A DNA stretch of 64,000 nucleotides, taken from positions 431,892,001-431,956,000 of the forward strand of contig OZ024740.1 in NCBI GenBank assembly GCA_964016885.1. The letters are read 5' to 3'. The stretch comes from Eledone cirrhosa (Eukaryota). The notes below the pieces were generated by a model. That model made no database searches, was not told the origin of the DNA, and was given only the letters and a program-made list of their open reading frames with translations. The position numbers were made by a program, and so were the translations under genes. Below are positions 46,094-59,940 of the stretch, one piece after another. Every line of letters starts with the position of its first letter. Positions within the stretch are counted from its first letter, which is position 1.

Positions 46094-46496
46094 GATGGTA
46101 CGACAGATATACTAGTTAAATATGAAAACCTGATAGTACCACATATACTAGTTAAAGATAAACACCTGATAGTACCACAGATATACTAGTTAAAGATGAA
46201 CGCTTGATAGTACCACAGATATACTAGTTAAAGATGAACACCTGATAGTACGACAGATATACTATTTAAAGATGAACCCCAGATATACTAGTTAAAGATG
46301 GACACCTGATAGTAGCACAGATATACTAGTTAAAGATGAACACCTGATAGTACGACAGATATACTAGTTAAAGATAAACACCTGATAGTCCCAGATATAC
46401 TAGTTAAATATCAAAACCTGATAGTACCACAGATATACTAGTTAAAGATGAACACCTGATAGTACCACATATACTAGTTAAAGATAAACACCTGAT

Positions 46497-49400
46497 AGTA
46501 CCACAGATATACTAGTTAAAGATGAACACCTCATATACTAGTTAAAGATAAACACCTGATAGTACCACAGATATACTAGTTAATGATGAACACCTGATAG
46601 TACCACAGATATACTAGTTAAAGATAAACACCTCATACCCTAGTTAAAGATGAACGCCTGATAGTACCACAGATATACTAGTTAAAGATAAACACGTGAT
46701 AGTACCACAGATATACTAGTTAAAGATGAATGCCTGATAGTACCACAGATTTACTAGTTAAAGATGAACACCTCATATCCTAGTTAAAGATGAACGCCTG
46801 ATAGTACCACAGATATACTAGTTAAAGATAAACACGTGATAGTACCACAGATATACTAGTTAAAGATGAACACCTGATAGTACCACAGATATACTAGTTA
46901 AAGATAAACACCTGATAATACCATAGATATACTAGTTAAAGATGAACACCTGATAGTACCACAGATATACTAGTTAAAGATAAACACGTGATAGTACGAC
47001 AGATATACTAGTTAAAGATAAACACCTGATAGTACGACAGATATACTAGTTAAAGATAAACACCTGATAGTCCCACAGATATACTAGTTAGAGATGAAAA
47101 CCTGATAGTACCACAGATATACTAGTTAAAGATAAACACCTGATAGTACCACAGATATACTAGTTAAAGATAAACACCTGATAGTATGACATATACTAGT
47201 TAAAGATAAACACCTGATATACTAGTTAAAGATGAACACCTGATAGTACCACAGATATACTAGTTAAAGATGAACACCTGATAGTACCACAGATATACTA
47301 GTTAAAGATGAACGCCTGATAGTATCACAGATATACTAGTTAAAGATGAACACTTGATAGTACGACAGATATACTAGTTAAAGATAAACACCTGATAGTC
47401 CCAGATATACTAGTTAAATATCAAAACCTTATAGTACCACAGATATACTAGTTAAAGATGAACACCTCATATACTAGTTAAAGATAAACACCTGATAGTA
47501 CCACAGATATACTAGTTAATGATGAACACCTGATAGTACCACAGATATACTAGTTAAAGATAAACACCTGATAATACCATAGATATACTAGTTAAAGATG
47601 AACACCTGATAGTACCACATATATACAAGTTAAAGATAAACACGTGATAGTACCAGAGATATACTAGTTAAAGATGGACACCTGATAGTAGCACATATAT
47701 ACTAGTTAAAGATGAACACCTCATATACTAGTTAAACATGAAAACCTGATAGTACCACAAATATACTAGTTAAAAATGAACACCGGATATTACCATAGAT
47801 ATACTAGTTAAAGATGTACCACAGATATACTAGTTAAAGATGAACACCTGACAGTACCACAGATATACTAGTTAAAGATGAACACCTGATATACTAGTTA
47901 AAGATGAACACCTGACAGTACCACAGATATACTGGTTAAAGATAAACACGTGATAGCACCAGAGATATACTAGTTAAAGATAAACACCTGATAGTAGCAC
48001 AGATATACTAGTTAAAGATGAACACCTGATAGTACGACAGATATACTAGTTAAAGATGAACACCTGATAGTACGACAGATATACTAGTTAAAGATAAACA
48101 CCTGATAGTACGACAGATATATTAGTTAAAGATAAACACCTGATAGTACGACAGATATACTAGTTAAAGATAAACACCTGATAGTACGACAGATATACTA
48201 GTTAAAGATAAACACCTGATAGTCCCACAGATATACTAGTTAGAGATGAAAACCTGATAGTACCACAGATATACTAGTTAAAGATAAACACCTGATAGTA
48301 CCACAGATATACTAGTTAAAGATAAACACCTGATAGTATGACATATACTAGTTAAAGATAAACACCTGATAGTCCCACAGATATACTAGTTAAAGATAAA
48401 CACCTGATAGTCCCACAGATATACTAGTTAAAGATAAACACGTGATAGTACCAGAGATATACTAGTTAAAGATGGACACCTGATAGTAGCACATATATAC
48501 TAGTTAAAGATGAACACCTCATATACTAGTTAAATATGAAAACCTGATAGTACCACAAATATACTAGTTAAAAATGAACACCGGATATTACCACAGATAT
48601 ACTAGTTAAAGATGTACCACAGATATACTAGTTAAAGATGAACACCTGACAGTACCACAGATATACTAGTTAAAGATGAACACCTGATAGGACCACAGAT
48701 ATACTGGTTAAAGATGAACACCTGATGGTACGACAGATATACTAGTTAAAGATAAAAACCTGATATACTAGTTAAAGATGAACACCTGATAGTACCACAG
48801 ATATACTAGTTAAAGATGAACACCTGATAGTACCACAGATATACTAGTTAAAGATGAACGCCTGATAGTATCACAGATATACTAGTTAAAGATGAACACT
48901 TGATAGTACGACAGATATACTAGTTAAAGATAAACACCTGATAGTCCCAGATATACTAGTTAAATATCAAAACCTGATAGTACCACAGATATACTAGTTA
49001 AAGATGAACACCTGATAGTACCACATATACTAGTTAAAGATAAACACCTGATAGTACCACAGATATACTAGTTAAAGATGAACACCTCATATACTAGTTA
49101 AAGATAAACACCTGATAGTACCACAGATATACTAGTTAATGATGAACACCTGATAGTACCACAGATATACTAGTTAAAAATAAACACCTCATATCCTAGT
49201 TAAAGATGAACGCCTGATAGTACCACAGATATACTAGTTAAAGATAAACACCTGATAATACCATAGATATACTAGTTAAAGATGAACACCTGATAGTACC
49301 ACATATATACTAGTTAAAGATAAACACGTGATAGTACCAGAGATATACTAGTTAAAGATGGACACCTGATAGTAGCACATATATACTAGTTAAAGATGAA

Positions 49401-52400
49401 CACCTCATATACTAGTTAAACATGAAAACCTGATAGTACCACAAATATACTAGTTAAAAATGAACACCGGATATTACCATAGATATACTAGTTAAAGATG
49501 TACCACAGATATACTAGTTAAAGATGAACACCTGACAGTACCACAGATATACTAGTTAAAGATGAACACCTGATATACTAGTTAAAGATGAACACCTGAC
49601 AGTACCACAGATATACTGGTTAAAGATAAACACGTGATAGCACCAGAGATATACTAGTTAAAGATAAACACCTGATAGTAGCACAGATATACTAGTTAAA
49701 GATGAACACCTGATAGTACGACAGATATACTAGTTAAAGATGAACACCTGATAGTACGACAGATATACTAGTTAAAGATAAACACCTGATAGTACGACAG
49801 ATATACTAGTTAAAGATAAACACCTGATAGTACGACAGATTTCATATTTAAAGATAAACACCTGATAGTACGACAGATATACTAGTTAAAGATAAACACC
49901 TGATAGTCCCACAGATATACTAGTTAGAGATGAAAACCTGATAGTACCACAGATATACTAGTTAAAGATAAACACCTGATAGTACCACAGATATACTAGT
50001 TAAAGATAAACACCTGATAGTATGACATATACTAGTTAAAGATAAACACCTGATAGTCCCACAGATATACTAGTTAAAGATGAACACCTCATATACTAGT
50101 TAAAGATAAACACCTGATAGTACCACATATACTAGTTAAAGATAAACACCTGATAGTACGACAGATATACTAGTTAAAGATAAACACCTGATAGTTCCAC
50201 AGATATACTAGTTAAAGATAAACACGTGATAGTACCAGAGATATACTAGTTAAAGATGGACACCTAATAGTAGCACATATATACTAGTTAAAGATGAACA
50301 CCTCATATACTAGTTAAAGAAAAACACCTGATAGTACCACAGATATACTAGTTAAAGATAAACACGTGATAGTACCAGAGATATACTAGTTAAAGATGGA
50401 CACCTGATAGTAGCACATATATACTAGTTAAAGATGAACACCTCATATACTAGTTAAATATGAAAACCTGATAGTACCACAAATATACTAGTTAAAAATG
50501 AACACCGGATATTACCACAGATATACTAGTTAAAGATGTACCACACATATACTAGTTAAAGATGAACACCTGACAGTACCACAGATATACTAGTTAAAGA
50601 TGAACACCTGATAGGACCACAGATATACTGGTTAAAGATGAACACCTGATGGTACGACAGATATACTATTTAAAGATAAAAACCTGATATACTAGTTAAA
50701 GATGAACACCTGATAGTACCACAGATATACTAGTTAAAGATGAACACCTGATAGTACCACAGATATACTAGTTAAAGATGAACACCTGATAGTACCACAT
50801 ATACTAGTTAAAGATAAAAACCTGATAGTACCACAGATATACTAGTTAAAGATGAACACCTCATATACTAGTTAAAGATAAACACCTGATAGTACCACAG
50901 ATATACTAGTTAATGATGAACACCTGATAGTACCACAGATATACTAGTTAAAGATAAACACCTCATATCCTAGTTAAAGATGAACGCCTGATAGTACCAC
51001 AGATATACTAGTTAAAGATAAACACCTGATAATACCATAGATATACTAGTTAAAGATGAACACCTGATAGTACCACATATATACTAGTTAAAGATAAACA
51101 CGTGATAGTACCAGAGATATACTAGTTAAAGATGGACACCTGATAGTAGCACATATATACTAGTTAAAGATGAACACCTCATATACTAGTTAAACATGAA
51201 AACCTGATAGTACCACAAATATACTAGTTAAAAATGAACACCGGATATTACCATAGATATACTAGTTAAAGATGTACCACAGATATACTAGTTAAAGATG
51301 AACACCTGACAGTACCACAGATATACTAGTTAAAGATGAACACCTGATATACTAGTTAAAGATGAACACCTGACAGTACCACAGATATACTGGTTAAAGA
51401 TAAACACGTGATAGCACCAGAGATATACTAGTTAAAGATAAACACCTGATAGTAGCACAGATATACTAGTTAAAGATGAACACCTGATAGTACGACAGAT
51501 ATACTAGTTAAAGATGAACACCTGATAGTACGACAGATATACTAGTTAAAGATAAACACCTGATAGTACGACAGATATACTAGTTAAAGATAAACACCTG
51601 ATAGTACGACAGATATACTAGTTAAAGATAAACACCTGATAGTACGACAGATATACTAGTTAAAGATAAACACCTGATAGTACGACAGATATACTAGTTA
51701 AAGATAAACACCTGATAGTCCCACAGATATACTAGTTAGAGATGAAAACCTGATAGTACCACAGATATACTAGTTAAAGATAAACACCTGATAGTACCAC
51801 AGATATACTAGTTAAAGATAAACACCTGATAGTATGACATATACTAGTTAAAGATAAACACCTGATAGTCCCACAGATATACTAGTTAAAGATGAACACC
51901 TCATATACTAGTTAAAGATAAACACCTGATAGTCCCACAGATATACTACTTAAAGATGAACACCTCATATACTAGTTAAAGATAAACACGTGATAGTACC
52001 ACAGATATACTAGTTAAAGATGAATGCCTGATAGTACCACAGATTTACTAGTTAAAGATGAACACCTCATATCCTAGTTAAAGATGAACATCTGATAGTA
52101 CCACAGATATACTAGTTAAAGATGAACACCTGATAGTAATCACAGATATACTAGTTAAAGATGAACACCTGATAGTATCACAGATATACTAGTTAAAGAT
52201 GAACACCTGATACTACCACAGATATACTAGTTAAAGATAAACACCTGATAGTACGACAGATATACTAGTTAAAGATAAACACCTGATAGTACGACAGATA
52301 TACTAGTTAAAGATAAACACCTGATAGTCCCACAGATATACTAGTTAAATATGAAAACCTGATAGTACCACAGATATACTAGTTAAAGATGAACACCTGA

Positions 52401-55400
52401 TACTACCACAGAGATACTAGTTAAAGATGAACACCTGATAATACCACAGATATACTAGATAAAGATGAACGCCTGATAGTACCACAGATATACTAGTTAA
52501 AGATGAACGCCTGATAGTACCATAGATATACTAGTTAAAGAGGAACACCTGATAGTACCATAGATATACTAGTTAAAGATAAACACCTGATAGTACCATA
52601 GATATACTAGTTAAATATGAACACCTGATAGTACCACAGATATACTAGTTAAAGATAAACACCTGATAGTACCACAGATATACTAGTTAAAGATAAACAC
52701 GTGATAGTACCAGAGATATACTAGTAAAAGATGGACACCTGATAGTAGCACATATATACTAGTTAAAGATGAACACCTCATATACTAGTTAAATATGAAA
52801 ACCTGATAGTACCACAAATATACTAGTTAAAAATGAACACATGATATTACCACAGATATACTAGTTAAACATGTACCACAGATATACTAGTTAAAGATGT
52901 ACCACAGATATACTAGTTAAAGATGAACACCTGACAGTACCACAGATATACTAGTTAAAGATGAACACCTCATATACTAGTTAAAGATAAACACCTGATA
53001 GTACCACAGATATACTAGTTAATGATGAACACCTGATAGTACCACAGATATACTAGTTAAAGATAAACACCTCATACCCTAGTTAAAGATGAACGCCTGA
53101 TAGTACCACAGATATACTAGTTAAAGATAAACACGTGATAGTACCACAGATATACTAGTTAAAGATGAATGCCTGATAGTACCACAGATTTACTAGTTAA
53201 AGATGAACACCTCATATCCTAGTTAAAGATGAACGCCTGATAGTACCACAGATATACTAGTTAAAGATAAACACGTGATAGTACCACAGATATACTAGTT
53301 AAAGATGAACACCTGATAGTACCACAGATATACTAGTTAAAGATAAACACCTGATAATACCATAGATATACTAGTTAAAGATGAACACCTGATAGTACCA
53401 CAGATATACTAGTTAAAGATAAACACGTGATAGTACGACAGATATACTAGTTAAAGATAAACACCTGATAGTACGACAGATATACTAGTTAAAGATAAAC
53501 ACCTGATAGTCCCACAGATATACTAGTTAGAGATGAAAACCTGATAGTACCACAGATATACTAGTTAAAGATAAACACCTGATAGTACCACAGATATACT
53601 AGTTAAAGATAAACACCTGATAGTATGACATATACTAGTTAAAGATAAACACCTGATATACTAGTTAAAGATGAACACCTGATAGTACCACAGATATACT
53701 AGTTAAAGATGAACACCTGATAGTACCACAGATATACTAGTTAAAGATGAACGCCTGATAGTATCACAGATATACTAGTTAAAGATGAACACTTGATAGT
53801 ACGACAGATATACTAGTTAAAGATAAACACCTGATAGTCCCAGATATACTAGTTAAATATCAAAACCTTATAGTACCACAGATATACTAGTTAAAGATGA
53901 ACACCTCATATACTAGTTAAAGATAAACACCTGATAGTACCACAGATATACTAGTTAATGATGAACACCTGATAGTACCACAGATATACTAGTTAAAGAT
54001 AAACACCTGATAATACCATAGATATACTAGTTAAAGATGAACACCTGATAGTACCACATATATACAAGTTAAAGATAAACACGTGATAGTACCAGAGATA
54101 TACTAGTTAAAGATGGACACCTGATAGTAGCACATATATACTAGTTAAAGATGAACACCTCATATACTAGTTAAACATGAAAACCTGATAGTACCACAAA
54201 TATACTAGTTAAAAATGAACACCGGATATTACCATAGATATACTAGTTAAAGATGTACCACAGATATACTAGTTAAAGATGAACACCTGACAGTACCACA
54301 GATATACTAGTTAAAGATGAACACCTGATATACTAGTTAAAGATGAACACCTGACAGTACCACAGATATACTGGTTAAAGATAAACACGTGATAGCACCA
54401 GAGATATACTAGTTAAAGATAAACACCTGATAGTAGCACAGATATACTAGTTAAAGATGAACACCTGATAGTACGACAGATATACTAGTTAAAGATGAAC
54501 ACCTGATAGTACGACAGATATACTAGTTAAAGATAAACACCTGATAGTACGACAGATATATTAGTTAAAGATAAACACCTGATAGTACGACAGATATACT
54601 AGTTAAAGATAAACACCCGATAGTACGACAGATATACTAGTTAAAGATAAACACCTGATAGTCCCACAGATATACTAGTTAGAGATGAAAACCTGATAGT
54701 ACCACAGATATACTAGTTAAAGATAAACACCTGATAGTACCACAGATATACTAGTTAAAGATAAACACCTGATAGTATGACATATACTAGTTAAAGATAA
54801 ACACCTGATAGTCCCACAGATATACTAGTTAAAGATAAACACCTGATAGTCCCACAGATATACTAGTTAAAGATAAACACGTGATAGTACCAGAGATATA
54901 CTAGTTAAAGATGGACACCTGATAGTAGCACATATATACTAGTTAAAGATGAACACCTCATATACTAGTTAAATATGAAAACCTGATAGTACCACAAATA
55001 TACTAGTTAAAAATGAACACCGGATATTACCACAGATATACTAGTTAAAGATGTACCACAGATATACTAGTTAAAGATGAACACCTGACAGTACCACAGA
55101 TATACTAGTTAAAGATGAACACCTGATAGGACCACAGATATACTGGTTAAAGATGAACACCTGATGGTACGACAGATATACTAGTTAAAGATAAAAACCT
55201 GATATACTAGTTAAAGATGAACACCTGATAGTACCACAGATATACTAGTTAAAGATGAACACCTGATAGTACCACAGATATACTAGTTAAAGATGAACGC
55301 CTGATAGTATCACAGATATACTAGTTAAAGATGAACACTTGATAGTACGACAGATATACTAGTTAAAGATAAACACCTGATAGTCCCAGATATACTAGTT

Positions 55401-58300
55401 AAATATCAAAACCTGATAGTACCACAGATATACTAGTTAAAGATGAACACCTGATAGTACCACATATACTAGTTAAAGATAAACACCTGATAGTACCACA
55501 GATATACTAGTTAAAGATGAACACCTCATATACTAGTTAAAGATGAACACCTGATAGTACCACATATATACTAGTTAAAGATAAACACGTGATAGTACCA
55601 GAGATATACTAGTTAAAGATGGACACCTGATAGTAGCACATATATACTAGTTAAAGATGAACACCTCATATACTAGTTAAACATGAAAACCTGATAGTAC
55701 CACAAATATACTAGTTAAAAATGAACACCGGATATTACCATAGATATACTAGTTAAAGATGTACCACAGATATACTAGTTAAAGATGAACACCTGACAGT
55801 ACCACAGATATACTAGTTAAAGATGAACACCTGATATACTAGTTAAAGATGAACACCTGACAGTACCACAGATATACTGGTTAAAGATAAACACGTGATA
55901 GCACCAGAGATATACTAGTTAAAGATAAACACCTGATAGTAGCACAGATATACTAGTTAAAGATGAACACCTGATAGTACGACAGATATACTAGTTAAAG
56001 ATGAACACCTGATAGTACGACAGATATACTAGTTAAAGATAAACACCTGATAGTACGACAGATATACTAGTTAAAGATAAACACCTGATAGTACGACAGA
56101 TTTCATATTTAAAGATAAACACCTGATAGTACGACAGATATACTAGTTAAAGATAAACACCTGATAGTCCCACAGATATACTAGTTAGAGATGAAAACCT
56201 GATAGTACCACAGATATACTAGTTAAAGATAAACACCTGATAGTACCACAGATATACTAGTTAAAGATAAACACCTGATAGTATGACATATACTAGTTAA
56301 AGATAAACACCTGATAGTCCCACAGATATACTAGTTAAAGATGAACACCTCATATACTAGTTAAAGATAAACACCTGATAGTACCACATATACTAGTTAA
56401 AGATAAACACCTGATAGTACAACAGATATACTAGTTAAAGATAAACACCTGATAGTTCCACAGATATACTAGTTAAAGATAAACACGTGATAGTACCAGA
56501 GATATACTAGTTAAAGATGGACACCTAATAGTAGCACATATATACTAGTTAAAGATGAACACCTCATATACTAGTTAAAGAAAAACACCTGATAGTACCA
56601 CAGATATACTAGTTAAAGATAAACACGTGATAGTACCAGAGATATACTAGTTAAAGATGGACACCTGATAGTAGCACATATATACTAGTTAAAGATGAAC
56701 ACCTCATATACTAGTTAAATATGAAAACCTGATAGTACCACAAATATACTAGTTAAAAATGAACACCGGATATTACCACAGATATACTAGTTAAAGATGT
56801 ACCACACATATACTAGTTAAAGATGAACACCTGACAGTACCACAGATATACTAGTTAAAGATGAACACCTGATAGGACCACAGATATACTGGTTAAAGAT
56901 GAACACCTGATGGTACGACAGATATACTATTTAAAGATAAAAACCTGATATACTAGTTAAAGATGAACACCTGATAGTACCACAGATATACTAGTTAAAG
57001 ATGAACGCCTGATAGTATCACAGATATACTAGTTAAAGATAAACACCTGATAGTATGACATATACTAGTTAAAGATAAACACCTGATAGTCCCACAGATA
57101 TACTAGTTAAAGATGAACACCTCATATACTAGTTAAAGATAAACACCTGATAGTACCACATATACTAGTTAAAGATAAACACCTGATAGTACGACAGATA
57201 TACTAGTTAAAGATAAAAACCTGATAGTCCCACAGATATACTACTTAAAGATGAACACCTCATATACTAGTTAAAGATAAACACGTGATAGTACCACAGA
57301 TATACTAGTTAAAGATGAATGCCTGATAGTACCACAGATTTACTAGTTAAAGATGAACACCTCATATCCTAGTTAAAGATGAACATCTGATAGTACCACA
57401 GATATACTAGTTAAAGATGAACACCTGATAGTAATCACAGATATACTAGTTAAAGATGAACACCTGATAGTATCACAGATATACTAGTTAAAGATGAACA
57501 CCTGATACTACCACAGATATACTAGTTAAAGATAAACACCTGATAGTACGACAGATATACTAGTTAAAGATAAACACCTGATAGTACGACAGATATACTA
57601 GTTAAAGATAAACACCTGATAGTCCCACAGATATACTAGTTAAATATGAAAACCTGATAGTACCACAGATATACTAGTTAAAGATGAACACCTGATACTA
57701 CCACAGAGATACTAGTTAAAGATAAACGCCTGATAGTACCACAGATATACTAGTTAAAGATGAACACCTGATAATACCACAGATATACTAGATAAAGATG
57801 AACGCCTGATAGTACCACAGATATACTAGTTAAAGATGAACGCCTGATAGTACCATAGATATACTAGTTAAAGAGGAACACCTGATAGTACCATAGATAT
57901 ACTAGTTAAAGATAAACACCTGATAGTACCATAGATATACTAGTTAAATATGAACACCTGATAGTACCACAGATATACTAGTTAAAGATAAACACCTGAT
58001 AGTACCACAGATATACTAGTTAAAGATAAACACGTGATAGTACGAGAGATATACTAGTAAAAGATGGACACCTGATAGTAGCACATATATACTAGTTAAA
58101 GATGAACACCTCATATACTAGTTAAATATGAAAACCTGATAGTACCACAAATATACTAGTTAAAAATGAACACATGATATTACCACAGATATACTAGTTA
58201 AAGATGTACCACAGATATACTAGTTAAAGATGTACCACAGATATACTAGTTAAAGATGAACACCTGACAGTACCACAGATATACTAGTTAAAGATGAACA
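46497..58300. repeat. Imperfect ~6.4-kb tandem duplication (46497-52935 / 52936-~58300); second copy shorter
   Basis: Offset 6439 holds for CCTCATACCC 46631/53070, TCAAAACCTT 47421/53860, ATATACAAGT 47621/54060 and ATTAGTT 48121/54560. It drops to 6261 for TTCATATTTA 49841/56102 (178 bp = 4x38 + 26 missing near 55.5 kb). It drops to ~5.3 kb for CTACTTAAAG 51946/57241 and AGGAACAC 52541/57874. Confidence 0.9.
47560..51900. repeat. Three ~1.7-kb sub-blocks inside the 6.4-kb unit (third partial)
   Basis: ATAATACCATAG followed by ..GTACCACATATATAC.., CACGTG, GGACACC and AAACATG occurs at 47571, 49255 and 51029 (spacings 1684 and 1774). Confidence 0.82.
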
Positions 58301-58829
58301 CCTGATAGGACCACAGATATACTGGTTAAAGATGAACACCTGATGGTACGACAGATATACTAGTTAAAGATAAAAACCTGATATACTAGTTAAAGATGAA
58401 CACCTGATAGTACCACAGATATACTAGTTAAAGATGAACGCCTGATAGTATCACAGATATACTAGTTAAAGATGAACACCTGATAGTACCACAGATATAC
58501 TAGTTAAAGATAAACACCAGATAGTACCACAGATATACTAGTTAAAGATGAACACCTGATAGTACCACAGATATACTAGTTAAAGATAAACACCTGATAG
58601 TACCACATATACTAGTTAAAAATGAACACCTGATATTACCACAGATATACTAGTTAAAGATGAACCCCAGATATACTAGTTAAAGATGGGCACCTGATAG
58701 TACCACAGATATACTAGTTAAAGATGAACACCTGATGGTACGACAGATATACTAGTTAAAGATAAACACCTGATAGTACCACAGATATACTAGTTAAAGA
58801 TGAACATCTGATAGTACCACAGATATACT

Positions 58830-59940
58830 AGTTAAAGATGAACACCTGATGGTACGACAGAGATACTAGTTAAATATGAAAACCTGATAGTACCACAGAT
58901 ATACTAGTTAAAGATGAACACCTGATAGTACCACAGATATACTAGTTAAAAATGAACACCTGATATTACCACAGATATACTAGTTAAAGATGAACCCCAG
59001 ATATACTAGTTAAAGATGGGCACCTGATAGTACCACAGATATACTAGTTAAAGATGAACACCTGATGGTACGACAGATATACTAGTTAAAGATAAACACC
59101 TGATAGTACCACAGATATACTAGTTAAAGATGAACATCTGATATACTAGTTAAAGATGGACACGTGATAGTACCACAGATATACTAGTTAAAGATGAACA
59201 TCTGATATACCAATTAAAGATGAACACCAGATATACTAGTTAAAGATGGACACCTGATAGTAGCACATATATACTAGTTAAAGATGAACACCTCATATAC
59301 TAGTTAAATATGAAAACCTGTACCACAGATATACTAGTTAAAGATGAACACCTGATAGTACCACAGATATACTAGTTAAGGATGAACGCCTGATAGTACC
59401 ACAGATATACTAGTTTAAGATGAACACCTGATAGTACCACAGATATACTAGTTAAAGATGAACACCTGATGATACGACAGAGATACTAGTTAAATATGAA
59501 AACCTGATAGTACCACAGATATACTAGTTAAAGATGAACACCTGATAGTACCACAGATATACTAGTTAAAAATGAACACCTGATATTACCACAGATATAC
59601 TAGTTAAAGATGAACCCCAGATATACTAGTTAAAGATGGGCACCTGATAGTACCACAGATATACTAGTTAAAGATGAACACCTGATGGTACGACAGATAT
59701 ACTAGTTAAAGATAAACACCTGATAGTACCACAGATATACTAGTTAAAGATGAACATCTGATATACTAGTTAAAGATGGACACGTGATAGTACCACAGAT
59801 ATACTAGTTAAAGATGAACATCTGATATACCAATTAAAGATGAACACCAGATATACTAGTTAAAGATGGACACCTGATAGTAGCACATATATACTAGTTA
59901 AAGATGAACACCTCATATACTAGTTAAATATGAAAACCTG
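58830..59940. repeat. 620-bp-offset local duplication carrying private GATGGGCACC variant
   Basis: TAAAGATGGG at 59011/59631, ACCAATT at 59209/59829 and ACGACAGAGATACT near 58854/59474 all give offset 620. A third GATGGGCACC lies at 58681. Confidence 0.88.
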
